This document shows, one piece after another, positions 49,124-61,934 of a stretch of 64,000 bases of DNA (within the stretch, counting starts at the first letter, position 1; each line of letters opens with the position of its first letter). The position numbers and the translations under genes were made by a program. The notes under the pieces are model-generated. The model did no database searches. It saw only the letters and a list, made by a program, of their open reading frames with translations, and had not been told where the DNA came from. The stretch spans positions 871,895 to 935,894 of the forward strand of contig MU004244.1 of assembly GCA_010405405.1 (NCBI GenBank), given 5' to 3'. This stretch comes from Microthyrium microscopicum. Its lineage: Eukaryota.

Positions 49124-49672
49124 TCAAGAGTCCCGTCGAGGTCGAAATGTTTTCTTCATGGCATTTGTGAAGGATGCTCCGCCGAATAGCCAGTCGCCTG
49201 AATGACGGCCATAGCTCATTCGTTGGAAGTTGCTCTGGCTTGAATCGGTTCTCTTGGGCGAGGGAGCAGAGAAGCTGTCTCGAGTTGGTGAGTCGATTGA
49301 GACAGCGGTAGCTGTACTGTCGGAAGAGAATTGACGGGAAGCATGGTAGGAAGTCATGGTGGATGTGGGACTCATTGGCGTTGATGAGGTTATTTGTTGG
49401 CTGACAGTTCGTGAATTGCGGGGCTTTGGTGTTGTAGCTCGCGGGGTGTTTGCTTGTGGAGGCGCTGGTGAGGGAGAGCGAGATCGAGTTTTATTAAACT
49501 TTGTTGAAATCGCTCCGAAGAACGACTTGCTGGTTGGACTTTGAATCGATTCTTCAAGATCGGCTGCTGTGGTGTTTGGCTCAGCAGAGTAGGTTGATGA
49601 TGTTGGTGAAGTGGGCTCGCCAACTTCAGATTTGATTGAAAGGTCTTTGAATTGAGATGGTCTGGGGGACAT
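49124..49672 (-). CDS. Ser/Pro-rich hypothetical protein with a C-terminal YGRHSGDWLFGG motif
   Basis: 182-aa low-complexity ORF ending in a GRHSxxWLFGG motif recalled from small Pezizomycotina hypothetical proteins. TATAAG upstream near 49760 on the minus strand. Confidence 0.75.
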   Translation of the reverse strand: MSPRPSQFKDLSIKSEVGEPTSPTSSTYSAEPNTTAADLEESIQSPTSKSFFGAISTKFNKTRSRSPSPAPPQANTPRATTPKPRNSRTVSQQITSSTPMSPTSTMTSYHASRQFSSDSTATAVSIDSPTRDSFSAPSPKRTDSSQSNFQRMSYGRHSGDWLFGGASFTNAMKKTFRPRRDS

Positions 49673-51111
49673 GGACACTGATAATGCGTTCAAGATAAAT
49701 GAGTAGAGAAAGAGAAATCTGAAATTTGAGAAAAGCTGAGAAGGATGCCTGATATACTTATACGCCCTCTGCCAATACTTGCTCAGTCACGATAAAGTCA
49801 AACCAACAGACCAGATCAACCCCTCTGTCATACGTTGCATGAAATGGATGCCTACTTCACCGAATACTACCAGCACATAGGGCTATCCGAAGCAGACAAT
49901 ATACGGCGAGATAGCGGAGTGTCCATTTTACAGATATGCATTGACAGGGTACGCTTCCGATGTCAATGAATGACTGGATTGCTCGCTGACCGGTCAGCAT
50001 TTCTTTGGCTTGCATTCGATGCACATGCAGACTGTGACTATTGTGTCCTACCAAGTTCTCGAACCCGTAGTTCCCTTCAAATTCAGGTATGCGATTGCTC
50101 TTTATTCGTCAATTACTTTGTGATATGATCTACCGTCTGCAACCTCTTTTGGGAAGCATTGGATACGTTCTCCAAAAAGTCGGGTCGGCGCTGCCGTTTG
50201 TCAGACAAAAGTTTATGTAAACGGGTCGATCGTTTTAAGTGATCTTCCCCAATTGCTGGGTTTAGAATTCCGAGCTTTGGGGACAGTTGTTACTTCTGAT
50301 ACAAGGGTTATTCATCCGACAGTGACTGATATCTTGTGATATCATAATCCACCAGCAGATGACATTGTACAGGAGAGAATCAAGATGGAATCAGGGGATT
50401 GCAGCCTCGGCAGAGAAGGAGAAGGCCAGTCCCCACATCCCTCAGACTCATAATATCCGTTGCCTAGAATGTGAATATGACATTGTCAGGCAGCGGCATA
50501 AGACATGTAATCATCAGCAAGGGAATGCGGCTCTGCGCTGCTTTGTTACGGTCCATCGCTTTCATCGTGGCACAGTAAATGGCTGATTCACTTGAACCTT
50601 ACCTTTACCACTACTCAGGGACACCGGCGGAAACAAGGCGACGGATGTTTCAATCAAACATTAAACGACGCGCTCCAAACCATGCCTCCCAGGTTCCCAC
50701 ATTCAATATTGACCGCACAACTGGGAAACACTGAAGTCGGCGGGGCATTTCTGCCACGTCAATGGACACATGCTTCTCTCCCCTCATGGCGGTCTGCCAT
50801 TCCCAGATCTGTGAATACGAGCCAATCAGCAGCGGTATCACCAGACACGCCCACCAGTTCTCAGAGGTGGCCCACCGCCTTTGCTACAACAGTGCTTGGC
50901 TTGGCTGCATTTTCCAGATTAGAGTCTTGATGTCGGACAATCGGAACACGGATCGCTTTCCGAAGCTTCCATTCTTCGTGACACTTATCTGGAATGTTGC
51001 CCGAAAAGGCAAGGCTTTGCGCAGTCTTGGTCTGCTGCTCATTTTTCAGGGTTTGAAGGCTTGAAGGTATCTGGATGTTGAAAAAGGCAACCTTCTTAGT
51101 GGTTGGCAAAC

Positions 51112-52225
51112 TCACCAAACCAGACTCGGGTTGCATTTCGCTTCTATTAAAGCCAAAGAGCTCCCCGTCTCCACCCGTAGTAGATGCCATTTATATCTCA
51201 CGAGGACAATTGCGAAGCAACTCATGACTTCTTTCAGGCAGTGACTCCAAGCTAACATCGGATATAGCGATAGTTTGTGGAGCTCAACGTATGCCCAGTG
51301 TTTCGTCATGAGCCAAGATATTCTTTCGTTAAGGTCGATCCATCTCGAGTACCCGGAGGGAAGGTGGTTCCTGGACGTTTCGACCCTGACAGCTATTTTG
51401 TACTGATCAGCTTCGTAGCGTGCGATTTTTCTCCAAATATCAAGGACTCCCCGGGAACGCCAGGTCATATTTAGCCAAATATCAAAGTTGCAGGCCTCCC
51501 CAGACTGCTTGATCTTGAAATGATCAGTGCGGACTTGCGCAGGATCCATCAGGAAGCTGTTTCGTGCCACGTGCGCGTGAATCAAACCGTTAAAATTGCG
51601 GTCGATGTTGTCAACTTCAAATGTCATGAAGCTTGAGAAAGAATTTTGTTAGGATTGACGCGCTTGACGCGTCCTGAAGAGTTTGGCGGTCAACTGCCTT
51701 CAAATAATTGTCAGTGCTACATCCCGGAGCTTCAAGTACGCGCTTGTGTAGCCATTGGAGATGATTGGAGTGTGCAACATTTGACAAGCAACGTTGAAAA
51801 CGGGACAGAAAAGCAATTTGCGTCCTCCCATCAAGAACAATGATCGCGGTTCCCCATCGCCTTTGATAAGAAGATGGTAGAGGTTAGTCTCGTAGTGCCC
51901 GCAATAGACCAACCACTTTTCATGCAGTAGATATGCACATCGATATCGTAGAACAGAGGGGACTTGCAGAACAGTGGAATGCGATGCTCAAATAATTGCG
52001 GGAGTAGTTGAAGGGACCAGTTTGACGTTGTACAAGCACCCGCGTTGAACGAACAGGCCATGTCAGCCACCCATCGGCTTGAGCTTTCCAACCTCGAACC
52101 TTGAAATTGGTTTCTCCAGGCTCCCTAACCTCATCAAACATGCCCGCTGCAAATAATCCTCTGTTCTTGGAAGCCGGCAGCCATGGTAATTTCACCATGG
52201 GGAAACAGCATGTCCAGACCCCCAA
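51112..52225 (-). pseudogene. Possible fragmented gene of unknown family
   Basis: Several consecutive or overlapping minus-strand ORFs (101, 86, 70 and 171 aa) in changing frames, with no recognisable domain. Confidence 0.25.
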
Positions 52226-53023
52226 GAACCCAGCTCTTCTGCCCGATTTGATAGGCTAGAGAGCCATTTCTTGCTTTAGGCCTTGCGCTAACTGGTGGTT
52301 ACTGTTTAGTGGCGCCGATTATCTTGAATTTCCCCCAAAACTACTTCGAAAGTGGTTGGGAAGCGGCATGCTCTGCGGTTGGCTATCTTTCGAAATGGCC
52401 CTTGCAACCTCCAACTTGAATCCTTCTGCATCTGTTCAACTGTTGTGATCGCATCTTTCCTCTCTCTGTTTTTGCTGCAGTGTTGTGTCTGTATTTGCGC
52501 GTAGCTGTCATCCTTCGTTCGTCAACCAACCAAGTGGTGTTGCTGTATCGGTGCTACCCAAAAGCCACACCTCAATCGCTTATATCGCAGTCGCTACTAC
52601 CTTATCGCGAGCACTTGAATTTCAGGAACGTGTCAAAGTAGAAAGAGCGCAGGAGAAACAACAGCAACTCAGTGCTGGGAACAACTTGGACGTTAGAGAA
52701 CTCATATATTGGGAAAGAACAACGAAGCTGCCAAGAGCCTCGAGGCATCGCTCCTGCCTTTTTCAGCAAGAGAAGTCCATTATAGCGGCAAGACCAGACA
52801 TCGAATAATACTTGGCCTAATTCCAGAAAGACAACAATCCATCAACTCCTTCCACGCCCGTTACAGTCAATCGCTTTGGTTTCTTCCCTTCGACCAGATC
52901 CAAATCAAATCCTTCAAGCTTCATCATCCACATACTTCTTTCTGGTTGATAGCTTACAGCTTTTATCCATTTTTGATTCATTGCCCATCATCTCTCTGCT
53001 ACCAACTCCTCAACTCTTTCAAA

Positions 53024-54507
53024 ATGCTTCCAGCTGTGCTGATTTTCAGCACTCTGCTGACTCTGGTCTTTGGCATTCCCACCATTTCTGTCAAGGGCTC
53101 CAAGTTCTTCACCAGCGATGGAAATCAATTCTTTGTCAAAGGTAAGCATTTTCACATCAGTAGCAAGCATTGACTATTAATGACTGACCTTCCATCAAGG
53201 CATTGCATACCAACTCGTCCCTGAAGATCCCCTCATCGATGGCACTCAATGTACCGCAGACGCCAACCTCATGAAGACTCTCGGTACCAATGCCATCCGC
53301 GTATATCACGTCGACCCCACTGCCAATCACACGCCATGCATGAACGCCTTTTCTGCTGCTGGAATTTATGTCTTTATCGACCTTGATACCTTTACCACCG
53401 CGATCAACCAAGATAAACCCGAATGGAACGAGACACAACTTCAAGCTTTCGAGAAGGTCATGGACGCTTTCCATAGCTTTGACAACGTTGCAGGATTCTT
53501 CATCGGGAACGAAGTTATCACTACTGGTGCTGGCAGCCCTGCAGCTCCCTACGTCAAAGCCGCTACCCGTGATCTGAAGTCCTACAGAGATTCAAAGGGA
53601 TATCGAAACATCCCTGTCGGCTACTCCGCTGCGGATATCGCCAGTTTACGACCTATGTTACAAAACTACTTGGCCTGTGGATCAGATGCCGAAGCCGCAA
53701 TTGACTTCTTTTCTCTCAATGCCTATGAATGGTAAGTCTTCCACTGCACTTGACGAGAATCGTGGCATTTTTCTGGAGTCAAGACTAACAAACATCGATA
53801 GGTGCGGCGCCTCGACTTATCAAACTTCCGGATATGCTGGTCTCAACAGCTATGTCCAAAACTACAGCATTCCCATCTTCTTCAGCGAAACAGGATGCAA
53901 TACTGCCCCGCCACGCACATTCACCGACCAAGCAGCAATCTTCGGTCCTGAGATGTCTCCTTACTGGTCCGGATCTATAATCTACGAATGGATCCAGGAG
54001 AACAATGCCTATGGCCTCATCTCATACGGCGCGCATGTTGATCCTTCATCTCCTAATGCTCCTCCAGATGGCTGGCCACGTTCTGGCACTCCTCAGCCTG
54101 TTCAACCTGATTTCGACAATCTCAAAAGCCAATGGGCCGCCGTCAAGCCTTCTAGTGTAAGCGCATCGGCATATACCCCATCAAATTCCGCACCAGCCTG
54201 TCCTGCCTCCACTGCCGGAACATGGGTTGTGGACGCCAATGCTGCTCTCCCAGGTGCGCCAAACGGTGCGGCCAAAGCTACTGGCACATCCGCAACGTCT
54301 GGTTCTTCGGCCTCTAGCACCGCCAAATCCAGTTCTGCCTCCCGTACTACGGCCAGCACCGGCTCCATTTCCGTATTTGCCATGGCCTCCACTACTACTG
54401 CGGCTGTGGTGGCGACTACAACCAGCCTGGGAAGCCGCACATTCATGCCAATGGCACTGCTATTGACTGTATGCTGGTTGGCAATCGGAGGAACAATGCC
54501 ATTCTAG
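53024..54507 (+). CDS. GPI-anchored beta-1,3-glucanosyltransferase (GH72, Gas/Gel family, lacking the X8/CBM43 domain)
   Basis: Introns 53142-53199 and 53732-53801. Signal peptide, QFFVKGIAYQ, NAIRVY, FIGNEV, IPVGYSAAD, FFSETGC, Ser/Thr tail and hydrophobic C-terminus. Confidence 0.95.
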
Positions 54508-54996
54508 TTGTTTGGTGTTTTGGAGAGCACGCTTTTGTAATGGGTTAGAGGAGTATGATCAACGGCTGATTTAACACGCGCATGGCGTTATGGGTGGACG
54601 GGTTTATTATTAATGCTTGCTGATGGACAAAAGTGAAATGTACAAAGCTTATTGTGAAGCACTAGATGAATAGATATTCTTGTGTAATGAATAATTTACT
54701 GATCAAGATTTCATGGCGCTCTAAGTGAAGACTTGGCGGCTTCCTCTTTTAGATATGACAAGTTTGAACAGAACCGCCAGAAAGAATCGTGAACAAGTCG
54801 CTGATATTTGATATAATGGTCAAAGTACTCCTCTGAAATTGATGGATGGGGTGGATGTGGCGCATTTTTATCCCCCGCCACCTCCAGGGCTCTCCCTGGC
54901 CTGCAGAGGGACCTAAATTTATCCATCCCACTTGAAAAAAAGTTGTTGAACTTTCTCAACATTCACAAGTAAAGACCGCACATTCTCCCCAACAAG

Positions 54997-57523
54997 ATGG
55001 GTAAACGTAAAGTAGGAGCTTTGGAAAAGCTAGAGGCTGATTTGTACATACCGCTCCCTGCTAAGATTTACTTGCGCTAATTCACCCACAGGCCTGCTCT
55101 GCAGAACAAAATCCGCCGCGATCCCATGTACCTACCACCTCGAGCCAAGCGTCACAATGACCACTGCTAACAAGCCCAAGGTCATACAAGTCTGATTTCG
55201 AGAGACAATACGAACAATACCGAACCATCTATACCATCTTCCTCCAGAACGGCTCCACCGACGACAACAACCTCATGTCGCTACGCGAGTACATCGACTT
55301 TGTCGCGCACGTCGCAGAGTGCTACCCTGAATTGACTGCCAGCTTCCCAGAGGATTTGATCAGTTTGTTGGATAAACATCATGCTATACTGGAGCCTGAA
55401 CTGCGCGAGAAGATTGTGGGTGCGTTGGTGCTTCTTCGGAATAAGGACGTTATAGACTCGATTCGGTATGTTGATGTGTTCGTGCTGGGAGCGGAGTACC
55501 CAGCTGACGTTGTGAACAGATTACTCAATGCCCTCTTCCCTATCCTCATCAAAAGTCCTAGCCAGTCCCTCCGCGAGCTCGTCTACAATAAAATGTTGAT
55601 GGACCTTCGATCTGCAAACACGAAAACGAAGAATCATCGCCTGAACAAAAATATGCAAAATACGCTCTATAATCTCATTACATCGGATAAGGCGTCGCCC
55701 AAGGGAGTGTTCGCTGTCAAGTTCACAAGAGAACTATGGAAGAGACAGATTTGGACGGATGCGAAAGCTGTGGAAATCATGAAGGAAGCTGCGCTAGCTG
55801 AGAACGAAAAGGTTATTGGCGGTGGTGTGCGCTTCTTCCTTGGTGGTGATAAGGAGCGTGAAGAGCTGGATGATGAGAGTAGTGATGATGAGAATGTTGA
55901 TCTCAATGCGATGAGGCATCAAATGGGCATCAATAAGAAGACTAAGAAACGAGGGAAGGATCTCAAGAAGGCCACTGCAACAGTCAAGCGGGTACGTATT
56001 ACCGATATCATTGTTATTTGGTCTAACGTTATTGCAGAAAGAAAAGAAGAAGAACCAGCACAATCCGCTCAACTTTTCTGCGTTCCATCTTTTACACGAC
56101 CCCCAAGGATTTGCAGAAACGCTGTTTTCGAGGCATTTACAAAACCCAAAAACGAAGTTGAAGGATGAGCAAAAGTTAGACGTGTTACGACTAATCACTC
56201 GGCTTGTTGGTCTTCATCAGCTCACCTTGATCAATCTCTACTCTTGGTTCCAAAAGTAAGCTCATTTCTTACTTTGATATCTACACAACTGACCAGCATA
56301 GATATCTCACAGCAAAGCAAAAAGATGTCACAACCTATCTAGCATGCTTAGCTCAGGCATCACACAATCTGGTTCCTCCAGAGCTGTTACAGCCATTAGT
56401 ACGCAAGATCGCAGACGAATTTGTTTCAGAAGCTTCGCGAGCAGAAGTGTGCTCTGCAGGGCTGAACGGCATCAGGGAAGTCTGTACTCGCCAACCACTC
56501 GCGATGGAAGACACGTTACTACAGGACTTAGTTCAATACCGTAAGAGTAAAGACAAAGGTGTCATGATGGCAGCCAAGGGTCTCCTGAGTCTGTATCGCG
56601 ATGTCGGTGCTGAACTTTTGCATAAAAGAGATCGGGGCAAAAAGGCGGCCATGGATGCGCGAGCAGGTGCTCAAAGTCTACCTCGATTTGGAGAGGTGAA
56701 TGCAGAAGAAGGCATTGCGGGTATAGAACTACTAGAAGAGTGGAAAGAGGAAGAAAGACGCAAGAAGAGAGAAGAAACAGGCGTTGACAGCGAAGATGAA
56801 GAAGCTGAAGCCAAACGCATCGAGGAAGAAGAGGCTGAAGGCTGGAAGAACTGGGACGTCGAAGACGATGAAAGCGACGACTCTGGCGGATGGATCGATG
56901 TACCCAGTGACGGTGAAGACCTTCACGTCAGCGACTCGGATGATGACAAGCCAAAGAAGAAAGCTAAGCTTGCAACTGAATCTCCTGCACCCCCAGCAGA
57001 TGTGGGCACTCCCGCTAGCACAACATCAACCGAAAAGCCAAGGGTATCAAAGCTCGCCACAACCCGTATCCTCACTCCAGCCGATCTGACCAAGCTGAAG
57101 GAACTGCAGCAAAAAGCAGCCATTGAAGATGCCATGCCGAACAAACACAAGTCGCACCATTCAGCTGCTTCTACGCGGCAGCCTGTGAATGGGGCCAGAC
57201 ATGCAGATGAAGAGATCACGGCAGAGGCGATTGAGGGATTGGCTATGCTCTCACACAAGGACACGAAAGAGGAGAAGATCGCCAAGGCAAAGGGCGACAG
57301 AGAGGAAAAACATGTCTCTAGCACGGCGCTGCGAAAAGAAAAGAAGAGAGCGGCTGGCAAGAGTTCGACGAACAAGGAGAAGGCGAGACAGAAGAATTTC
57401 TTTATGACACTCGGCAAGGCCAAGAAGAAGGGTAAGAGAAGTTTGACCGATGTCAAGAAAGCTATGCAGGGACATGTTGAGAGAAAGAAGAGAGGAGGGA
57501 AGCGTGGAAATGCAGGTAACTAG
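54997..57523 (+). CDS. SDA1: Sda1, 60S ribosome biogenesis/export factor
   Basis: Introns 55044-55091, 55128-55180, 55466-55519, 55992-56037, 56256-56301. Motifs LQNKIRRDP, FSAFHLLHDPQGFAETLF, GLNGIREVCTRQP, RILTPADL and SSTNKEKARQKNFFM. Confidence 0.95.
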
Positions 57524-58516
57524 ATTTTGTTGCTACGAAACTTCATATATCGTAGTATTTTTGTGTTTGCTATCAAATGATACCCCGAATGTAAACTGCA
57601 CGAGAGAAAATCCATGATATACTCTTTGACTGCCTTCTGATGTCGGGACTTGCTTTTCAAATCTTTATGCAAGTTGTTCGCTGATATCACGTCAAACTGC
57701 AATTCACAGGCTTTGAGCCAGTTTCAGGATTTCTTGTCATGCGGTATACTAATGTACTCCGCACATATCCTTACTGTACTTTCTGTCGGCCAGGCCCGCA
57801 CCGCTACAACCATCGTGTACAGTCTCGCCAATATCGGCCTCAAAAAATGTCTCACTTTGCCGCTCGGTTGCCACTTCTCAGCAGGACGAACGCAAGCGGC
57901 CCGAAAGAGACGGAAAAACAACAACAGGTGGAGAGTGTGTTGGCACCATTGCACCTATCGTGAAAACCCAAAAAGGCATCCACAACACGGAGATCAAAAG
58001 ACCCAAGAATCTTTTTCTAGCCGCGGCTCCATCGGAGGTCTTTCCGAGACAAACGCCACGTCCTATAAAAACGGAAACATAACAGGCTGAATCGAGACCT
58101 AGCGCACTGGATAACAAGGCACGTGGACCCAAAGAGGGATGGGTTGAAGGAAAGGCAGATGGCCATCAACCAATTCCCAGTTCCAGATCATCCACTCAAA
58201 TGCGCTTCCGCTCTATCGGGTTCCAGCAGACCGTCAAAACTTCCTGCTTTTTGCTCTTGAGTCTTCTCAAGCCTGTAACATCAAGCCTTTTCGATGCACT
58301 ACTGGCCCCACAGCGCCTTTTTTTGAGCGTGCCGTATCTTTTATCCTACTGCATGCCAGAGTCACTCGACCTACGCGCGGCATTATACGGATAAGTGGCC
58401 AATAATCAACGGAAATCTGCCGTCAATGCCTAGAAACACGACCTCCGGACCTGGGAGTTGGAGATATATAAGATGGGCGTGCCACAACCGCGGTGATCTA
58501 AAATATCGAGAGCATT

Positions 58517-58826
58517 GGGGAGGGTTAGCAGCTCAGATTCTGCTCTTTTTATTTGGCGATCTTCACCCAAAGCGGCTAGTAGATCAGAACGAGTTCACGG
58601 CGCCAGAGCTGAGTTCTGGCGCCGTGAACTCAATCTGAACTCCTCGAAAAGGTATAGCGGCACTATTTGTAGCTTATTATTGGTTGAGCCGCTCAAAGCT
58701 GTCCAGCCTAAATATTTTGTGGAAACAATAAGGTTACATGCTAGAGCCAAAAAGGCCTAATCAGTCTGCTTTTGGTTAGAAAACGAGCTAATAAAAAGAG
58801 CAGAATCTGAGCTGCTAACCCTCCCC
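58517..58826. mobile_element. Non-autonomous DNA transposon (MITE), 310 bp, 37-bp perfect TIRs, 3-bp ATT TSD
   Basis: TIR GGGGAGGGTTAGCAGCTCAGATTCTGCTCTTTTTATT at 58517-58553 is the exact reverse complement of 58790-58826. ATT flanks both ends (58514-58516 and 58827-58829). No transposase ORF. Confidence 0.85.
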
Positions 58827-59270
58827 ATTCCAGGGTCTTTGTCCTCAGGGTTTGTGAATCATTTTTGACTTCTGATGATCTGAGTTTTGGACCCTGAAGT
58901 CCTTTCCGGCTCCGACAACTCACTTTCACATTTGTGGATACCTTTCATGTTTGGTTCTGGATGGGGGCTGAGGTCTGAGATAGAATAAAGGCGCTCCGTA
59001 TCCTCACTTGCCTTTTTTGGTGTTGATTTTGTTCGCTCCTCCCTTCTTCAAACCCCAGAAAGTCATTTTCCTTTACTTCGACAAGGCTGGCTCTTTCACA
59101 TCTACATACCTTTACCTCTGCATGCACGCGCTTCAGCATACTCTACATGTATCCGATGACTATGTCTAGGTGACCGCTAGTGTTCATTTCACGATATAAC
59201 ATATGCACACCCCATTCCTTATCACTCTAAATCCACCCCTCTTCTCCTCTATCCAGCCTTTACTATCATC

Positions 59271-60249
59271 ATGCCGGAATCATCATCTCCATTTGCTGCG
59301 TTGAGAGGCCATGATGTTGTGCAAATGATTGAGTCTTGTCCGGATCTGGGCATAGCTCTTCACCGCTTCGAAAGCGAACGCGCAGCTCGGTCAGTCAACG
59401 CCAAATTTACCATTTGAAATCCTGCTAATAAGCTCAATTAGATTCTGCAACAATCACAAAGATGTTGAATTGGCTGCCCAATCCACGTGGCGACTTCATG
59501 CAGCTGTCGTCCACTTAATGCTCCAGCCCCTCGTCAAAGTTTTTACGCGTGCCTGTACTGTAGCCTCTGCAGCGCTGTGCACGAATCTGCCTAATGAGCT
59601 TGAGTTGGCATATCGCGGTGAAGCGCGAGATTCATTTGTTTGGTTGAATTGTTTCATGGCTGAAGAGTTGGAGTGGTGCACGACAATAGGATGTCCGACC
59701 TGCTACGCTGTCAATGTCTTGTCCTCAGAATCAACCGTCCGTGCCATTATGACAGCCGCAGTCCTCTCGAATGCCAACCATAGTACTGAAGAAGCACCGA
59801 ATTTTGTACCAGTTCTCAATGCGCTCGAAACGGCCATATCGACTGATCCCTTCTGGTCTCCCATGCACTATCCGCACCTGCTCGGGCCATCAGAAAAAGT
59901 TGCCGATGGACTCCTGGATCTGAAGCAACAATGCGTTGAACTCGCAATCCTTGTCACAACTCCTCCGGGTAGCACCAAAGCGGAAGTAGCACCATCCATA
60001 GATCCGGCATCAAGTTACGCCATTGATGGCATCTCACCACTCCTGCTCCGACGACCTCCAGCCTCATTGATACCGCTAAGGCCAAGTCCATTTGCAATAC
60101 GCCAAATTCAGCTGCAAGAGGAAGAACAACACGCCTTGACTGAGCTACTAAGCCAATGGCTAGACCACCAGCAGGCGCTCGATGGGCCCAGAGACAGTCT
60201 ACGCCTCATCACGAGTGGTCAGAGAAGAGGCAAAGCGCAAAGGGATTAG
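59271..60249 (+). CDS. Hypothetical protein with a WCTTIGCPTC Cys motif
   Basis: Exon 59271-59389, intron 59390-59441 (GTCAGT...GCTAAT...TAG), exon 59442-60249 in frame with the track ORF, giving ~308 aa. Confidence 0.8.
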
Positions 60250-61502
60250 GAGGAAATGCGCTCTTAACGAAATTGGGAAAGTTTGGGTAGATATTGCTCA
60301 ACTTACGTTACGAACAGCAGGTCTATCAAAGACCTGCACATGAAAGTATGGCATTTACATGGAGCGCTTGCTTTTTGGCTGCCTATATGAGCTGTTTTGC
60401 TCTGTTGGCTTTTTAGCAGTCATGGCGTTAGAATTTTGATATTCTCAATAGCCTAACGCCCATCATGCCTGGGAAAATGATACCCCATTAGCGAATCAAT
60501 ATACGTCAATCCTTTGCAGAATTTCATTTTCTTTGTGGTCCTTGATATGCTTTGGACACGTTGTCTCGGTTGGATATATCGGCAGTAGAAGACATCCACA
60601 CCCCGCTGTTGGATAAAGCCAACTTGGTGATATGGAACTAGGACAAGGCTACTAGATGTTCACCGGCATCATACAATCTCGGCAATGATCAACATTAAGT
60701 ACGGACTGAGGCTTACCAGAATCATCCTAGGCCCCCGCAAATCTCGTTCGCAACCCAACGTCAGTTGTGCTGCTGAGCAGCTCTCTGCTCATCAACGGCT
60801 AAATTTGAGTTGGAAAAATAGTTAGTTCAAGTTCTTTTAAGCCTCGAGATTGATTCTAGCCCTATGTGAGAGAATTGAACAATTCCATTCTGCTGGTACT
60901 TCGATGGCTATAGAATTGTGCGGCTCTCTCTGCACTCCAGATCAGGGGCCATCTTCTTCTGCCCAACCACAACACCATGTCCGCCACAAAACACATTCTA
61001 TCGCTTCGATTAACGCCGCCAGCTCACTGACAGGACAATTAACAAGATTTAATATGCACTTCAATGAACGCTCTCGCGTGGGAGGTTGCGTTTGGGGCCG
61101 CTTATTCGCTGATAGCCAGATGATATGCGTCGGGCAGCAAGCTAAAGGTGAGGCAGCAACTCATTTCTCCCGAAAGATCCTTCCAACTTGCACTCTTCTT
61201 GAGAGCAATCCAGGTCATATGCTACCCCCTGAGAACAAGCCTGGCCTCAGCTCCAGCGGCGAGTCGTAGTATAATGCTGGATACCTAGGTTTGGATGGAA
61301 ATAGCATTTATCTCGACGATATCCTCGCTCTTCCTTAACTGGTAAATAGCCAAAACATTTTCACGGTAAACCAACTGTCGGATATTTCCCATACAGCTCT
61401 CGATCATATACCTCATCGAGCTTTGTCCCAGTCCGTACTTGCGGCTCTAAATTCCACTTCACGGATAACCCTTGTCCTCAAAACCGTTCTTCTACCGGAG
61501 CC

Positions 61503-61934
61503 ATGACTTACACTTCTTCATCCGGATCACATAGCTATTTCGTCCCTGGATTTGGAATCAGCCGGGTTATCATTCAAAGCGAAATCCGTTACATGTCAGG
61601 ACCAAATGCTATTGTTCGACCATTCACTCTTCGGGTTCGTTCCGGCTCATTCTTTGGTATCAGATCCCGGCCTTTCTAACATGCTTTCCATAGGGTCGTG
61701 ATGGGTTCTTGGTCACGTCCACATCGCCTCCGTTGACAAAGGTTTGTTACACTGGCTCATAAAGGATCCTTCCCACATACTAAGAACCGTCTGTAGGAGC
61801 AAATCGAAGACCTCAAGGAACTTTCGCGCCAGTATGAGCGCCGACAGGCTGAGAAAGCTGGCCTAGATCCAGATTGGTTCCTGAATAAGCCTGTTCCCAT
61901 GTCTTCCAATTCACGCCGGGATAGTGTTTACTGA
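61503..61934 (+). CDS. Small RfeG-like fungal protein, 105 aa (absent from ORF track)
   Basis: Exons 61503-61634, 61694-61741, 61797-61934. SYFVPGFGISRVIIQSEIRYMSGPNAIVRPFTLRGRDGFLVT..PLTKEQIEDLKELS resembles the RfeG N-terminal domain as recalled. Confidence 0.8.

Noticed and set aside
54931..54945. TGAAAAAAAGTT as an RRPE-like element upstream of SDA1
   Set aside because: The context is plausible, but the match is imperfect and low in complexity, so it is not distinguishable from a poly-A tract.
56923..57475. Long antisense ORFs over SDA1, and similar ones over the kinase, UFE1, NmrA and chitin synthase genes
   Set aside because: These are shadow ORFs arising from codon bias on the sense strand.
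58815..58823. CTAACCCT as a telomerase RNA template or telomeric repeat
   Set aside because: It is only about one repeat unit, lacks the TAACCCTAA template extension, and is explained as part of the MITE TIR.
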